Origin: Amoebidium appalachense
Lineage: Eukaryota > Protista > Ichthyosporea
Direction of reading: 5' to 3'
Length of the DNA stretch: 64,000 nucleotides
NCBI GenBank assembly: GCA_963693365.1
Contig: CAVNZM010000017.1
Coordinates: forward strand, 2,223,527 to 2,287,526
Position numbers and translations under genes: made by a program. Under the pieces are notes generated by a model, which was not told where the DNA came from, did no database searches, and saw nothing but the letters and a program-made list of their open reading frames with translations. This document shows, in pieces, positions 59,308-64,000 of this stretch (the stretch's first letter is position 1; each line of letters opens with the position of its first letter).

Positions 59308-60532
59308 GAGGGGGGAAGGAGGGGGAAGAGGAGAAGATGAGCACGAGACCAGAGAGAGAGAGAGAAACAGAGAGAGCGGGAGAGCCTTGGCGAGAGAAAA
59401 GAGGCCAGGAAGTTAATCACACTTGGAGGCCCAAAAGATATAAATAAAATTTAATTAAGTGTGAGGGACGTATTAAGATCAGAGAGCTGGGTACGAGCGC
59501 GGATTAACATGGACCAAATAGTAAGAATATGTATCATCTCCAATACAACTACACTTAGAAACATGTTGCAAGAGAGTGTCTTATCACACCATCTGCTCAT
59601 ATAAAGAGGCTATAACAAAAAAGAACTGCGGCCGCGGACTCGATCGTTAATGCACATGCCATGGTTCATACGGATATTTATTAAGTTAACATATGCCGGT
59701 ACGTTTTGCACCACATACTAAGCTAATAATCAAAGCTAAGCTAATATAAGCTAAGATAATATAAACAAATAATAAGGAAAAAAAGACTTGTATTCCGTAC
59801 AGGCAAAATCATGATTGTATATACCAAAAACTGTTACACTTACATACATGTTACTGATCCAAAATCACACCATCTTATGCACACACAACTGTATACTACA
59901 TTCATTTCATATCACTTCATTGGAAGCACAAAAAATCACTAAGCGCAATCACTCATCCACCAAATTGAGCTTTCAACCAATAGCAATTCGAGAGCCCTGT
60001 TTGCGATAAAACACAAAAAACAGGGATTCAATTGTTATTCATTCATAAAATCTGAGAAACTTTTCGAACACATTGCAACAGCAACACCACAACCAATATT
60101 TTTTCATGAAAATCTGCCCCACGAAAAAAAAAAAAAAAAAAAAAAAAAAGGAAAAATGGTGGTTTTCAGACCCAAAGCTCATGCACAGCGAAACGTTGAT
60201 GCCATATGCACCGATTTACCTCTAGCGCACTGCGGGTGATTATTATGTTGATATTATGTTGGAATATATCACAGAGATAGCTACTCACAAAGAACAATGT
60301 GATGACGTACTGAAAAGTATTTGATCAGGTAACGGTTGTCGGCATACATCAATCTCAGATAGAAAGACGACATGTACAAATGCAACACAATGCCTAATAC
60401 TATCCTATGTTCAACATCTCGATCATAAATATAAACCAAACAAAAACGTAGGAATATATGTTGAAACCCCCTAAAACTAATTCGTTATTCCCACAGTGTA
60501 CATCGAACTATTCAATTCCTTTTGCACAAGTC

Positions 60533-60693
60533 TTACGTAAGTCGGAGAGTGAGCAAGCAGTCATCCGGATGGGTGGAAACTTCGGCCACAGCACCGTCGG
60601 CCCATTGGTACAAGTTGACACCGTCCATCACAAACCGCCCAGAGGGGGAGCGGGATTTGATGAGGAGCCGTGATACGTACCCAGTGCGGCTGT

Positions 60694-60724
<31 letters not shown>

Positions 60725-60826
60725 GGGAGGGGGGGGTTGAAACGGGGAGGGGAGGGGGGAGGGGGGGGAGGGGGGGGAGGGAGGGGGGGGGGGAGGGCGA
60801 GAGCATGGGCGTACATGTGCGTGTCT

Positions 60827-60878
<52 letters not shown>

Positions 60879-61183
60879 GGTTGGTGGTGGTGGTGGTGGT
60901 GGTGGGGGGGGGGGGGGGGGAGGCGAGAGTTAGCAAGGAAGGTCGGGGGCAACTACATGGGTGGTGGGGAGTTTTTCTTTTCTTCTTTTTCTAATTCTTC
61001 TTCTTCTTCTTCTTTTCTTTCTTTTTTGGATTGGGGAGAGGGGAAGGGGGGAAGGGAGGGGAGGGGGGAGGGGGGGAGCAACCGTGGGCAAGCACACTAA
61101 ACATTATTCGCAAGACGATCTCAACCCAAATCCGTCATCGGGCACGGGGGAGAAGGAAGGAGGGGGGGGTGGAAGGTGGGGGT

Positions 61184-61224
<41 letters not shown>

Positions 61225-61996
61225 ACGTGGATGTGGGTATATAATTCAGCATGATCTCAACAGTATGTAAACAGTATGTAAACAGTATGTAAACAGTGTG
61301 TGAAGCTCTGAGTACTACACATTTGATTATCTGCACGCACATGCATGGGAGCGTATGTAGCCGTGCCTGTGTATCTGCAAACAGAGGCGTACATGCAAGG
61401 TGTGTGTGTGTGTGTGTGTACGACCCTGGGGGAGTAAGAGAGAGGGGGGGGGGGGGGGGGGAGCACGAGGGGAGAGGGGGGGGGGGGGGGGGGAAGGGGG
61501 GGGGAAGGGGCCCGGGGAGAGAGAAGAGGAAGGGATGGAAGGAGCGGAGGAGGAAGAGAGGGCGTGGGGAAGGTAACGAGGGTGATGAGGGAGAGGGAGG
61601 TCGGGGAGGGAGGGAGGGAAAGAAAGAGAGAGAGGGGGAAGGGGGGGGGAAAGGGGGGGGGGGGGGGGGGGGGGGGAATGAAGGGAGAGAGGGAGGAAGG
61701 CAGGAAAGGACTCGAGGGGGACAGGGACGGAAGGAGGAGGAGGGAGGGGGGCAATGGGGGGGAGGGGGGGGGGGGGGGGGTTGTGGAGGGGCAGCACGAT
61801 AGACATGAATACGGTGCATATGAATGGAAATGTGTACACGTAGGTGTGTGTGTGTGTGTGTGCAGGGCAAAGGAAAAAGAGGCCACGGGTAGCCGGGGAG
61901 GGGAGAGAGAGAAAGAGAGAGGGGGGGGAGAGGGGGGGGGGGGGGGGGGAAAGAGAGAGATAGATAACGAAGAAAGTGCAGGGGGTATAAGGGGGG

Positions 61997-62032
<36 letters not shown>

Positions 62033-62212
62033 CGGGCTGTATAAGGCACATACCTATGTGCCTGGAAAATGCCATTCTCAATTGGTTCTCTCACTGTGAA
62101 GTGCAGACGGGGATCATCCGGAGGAAAGACAAAACGCTGGTTGTATGTGCTCGTGAGCGAGTGGATGTCCACGTTTTCAGGTGTTATGTCGTGCGCACTC
62201 TGTATCTTGCCT
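60533..62212 (-). CDS. NADK2: Mitochondrial NAD kinase 2, last two exons (upstream exons lie beyond the right edge)
   Basis: Exons 62212-62054 (acceptor approximate) and 60689-60533 read LTSTYNQRFVFPPDDPRLHFTVREPIENGIFQAHS-RTGYVSRLLIKSRSPSGRFVMDGVNLYQWADGAVAEVSTHPDDCLLTLRLT*. This matches from memory the NADK2 C-terminus (YN..L.Y.PE...F.IREPI.N; V.SR...VDG....FNDGA). Confidence 0.8.
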
Positions 62213-62310
62213 CTGTAAGTGTGTAGGTGAGTGAGTGGGTCAGTGAGTGAGTGAGAGGCAGAGAAAGGGAGAGGCAAAGGGCGGCGGCGGCGGGGGGGGG
62301 GGGGGGGGGG

Positions 62311-62407
<97 letters not shown>

Positions 62408-62546
62408 AGAGAGAGAGAGAGAGAGAGCGAGAGAGGGAGAGAGGGAGGGTGCGAGACACACAGAGAGTGTGTGTTAAGTGTGTGTGTGTTAAGTGTGTGT
62501 GTGTGTGAGGGGGGGGGGGGGGGGGGGGGGGAGAGGGGGGGGGGGG

Positions 62547-63093
62547 TTTGAATGCGTCAAAAAGTACGAAGTACACAAGAACAAACGGATAACACGATGC
62601 AGAATGCAAGCCATACATAAAGAGTATGCATAATAAGCAGAGCCCATCCTCAGGGGGGGCCCACGTCATCCACAGTACCCGAGTTTCGACCTATTCCCCT
62701 CGTTAACGAAACCCAACTCAGATACTGTTTCACTTGAACATGAGTAGGTCACCCGTCTTGATCAGAGACGAGCAGGGTTGCTTATGCAGGCAAGGGCAGT
62801 GGGAAAGGCCGGGGGTTAAAGTTGCAGCAGTAAGCAGAAGCAAGAAAAATATAGATAGGAACTCAGGAGACGGGGCTTCTAGGAAGCTCCCCCGTCGATA
62901 CCTAAGTCGATACTTCCCTGGCTAACATACTACACCAGCTGAAAAGAATTAAGTCCCGAAGGCCACATAATTCGTAATCAGAGGGGAAAATATGAGATTT
63001 GACCCACGCCGCAGGGTAGTAACACGCTTACTAGGGCGGAACTTTATCGTCTTCGAACGGAAAGCTATGCCCCCGGATGTCAGCCGGAAATAT
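62547..63093 (-). mobile_element. Poly(C)-anchored retroposon family, ~550-nt copy in an NADK2 intron
   Basis: Near-identical to 2706-3253. Ends at GGAAATATGG fused to a G run, and starts after a G run. Confidence 0.85.
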
Positions 63094-63388
63094 GGGGGGG
63101 GATACATATGTGTGTGTCTATGTGCCTGCGTGGGCCCATGTGTGCGCATCCGTATGCATGTGTGAGTGAGCACGGAAGCTTGGTGATGTGCACACGTGTT
63201 TGTGTGCTTTGAAATGCTTTAAGGAGAGAGAGGTTTGGGGGGAGGGGGGAGGGGAGGGGGTAGGGGGGGGAAGCCGAACAGGGATAGAGAGGGTGACGGT
63301 TAGTGGGTGAGGGTGGGTGGGGTTGGGGATAGGTAAGCGTGGTCAGTGTGGTGTTGTGTTCTTTTTCCTTTTTTTTTTTTTTTTGTGG

Positions 63389-63422
<34 letters not shown>

Positions 63423-63628
63423 ACGGGACCCGGAGGGGAGTCATACAGAGTGAATATGCGTAGTCATGTAGGTGATGGCGGATGTGTGTATGTGTGAATG
63501 TGTTGGAGGGGAGAGGGGGGAGGGGGGAGGGGGGAGGGGGGGGAGAGTTCCATCTTCCCCTCCCCCCGTCTTCTCCCCCCCCCCCCCTTCAAAGAGAAAA
63601 AAGAACGTAAAAGGTGCTTGCACATCGC

Positions 63629-63664
<36 letters not shown>

Positions 63665-63861
63665 GGGTGCGTACATGTGTGTGTGTGTTTGCGCTCGTGT
63701 GTGCACGTGTGAATGTGTGTGCATTCGTTCGTTCGTGCGTGCGTGCGTGCATGCGTGTGTGTTCGCGCGTGTGTGTGTATGTGTGCGTGTGAGTGTGTGT
63801 GCATTCGTTTGTGCGTGCGTGCATGCACGCTTTGTGTGACTGTTTATGTGTATGTGTGTGT

Positions 63862-63894
<33 letters not shown>

Positions 63895-63895
<1 letters not shown>

Positions 63896-64000
63896 GAATG
63901 CGGAACACGGTACGAAGTACGCATACACGAAGGACACATGCAAAGGCAAACATTCAAGTATGCAACATCAGCCATGCGCACAGTATGCGTCATAAGCAGA
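63895..64000 (-). mobile_element. Poly(C)-anchored retroposon subfamily 2 copy (runs off the window)
   Basis: Reverse complement closely matches 38625-38746 (GCATACTTGAATGTTTGCCTTTGCATGTGTCC...CTTCGTACCGTGTTC.GCATTCA + C run). Confidence 0.75.

Noticed and set aside
61259-61297. (ACAGTATGTAA)n short tandem repeat
   Set aside because: Ordinary intronic minisatellite of 3-4 units.

Overview
Intron-rich eukaryotic genomic DNA read with the standard genetic code. Introns are saturated with (CA/TG)n, (GA/CT)n and G/C homopolymers, so nearly all ORF-track entries are microsatellite noise. Manual GT-AG splicing gives five well-supported genes: a type II membrane glycosyltransferase fusing GT31-like and GT25-like domains (-); a 20-exon eIF2B epsilon (-); a divergent 17-exon PCF11 (+); a secreted CAP/SCP protein (-); and the last two exons of NADK2 (-). 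Mobile DNA comprises a 5'-truncated RT + RNase H non-LTR retrotransposon sitting in a (TG)n tract and interrupted by a 770-bp solo LTR (TSD GACCC), four MITE/foldback elements, and about 15 copies of a short structured non-coding retroposon family. That family has a fixed 3' end (GCATTCAAA) abutting poly(C) and variable 5' truncation, lies within C-homopolymers and is nearly always co-oriented with the host gene. It is the strongest candidate for an undescribed system. All coordinates were read by eye and no searches were run.
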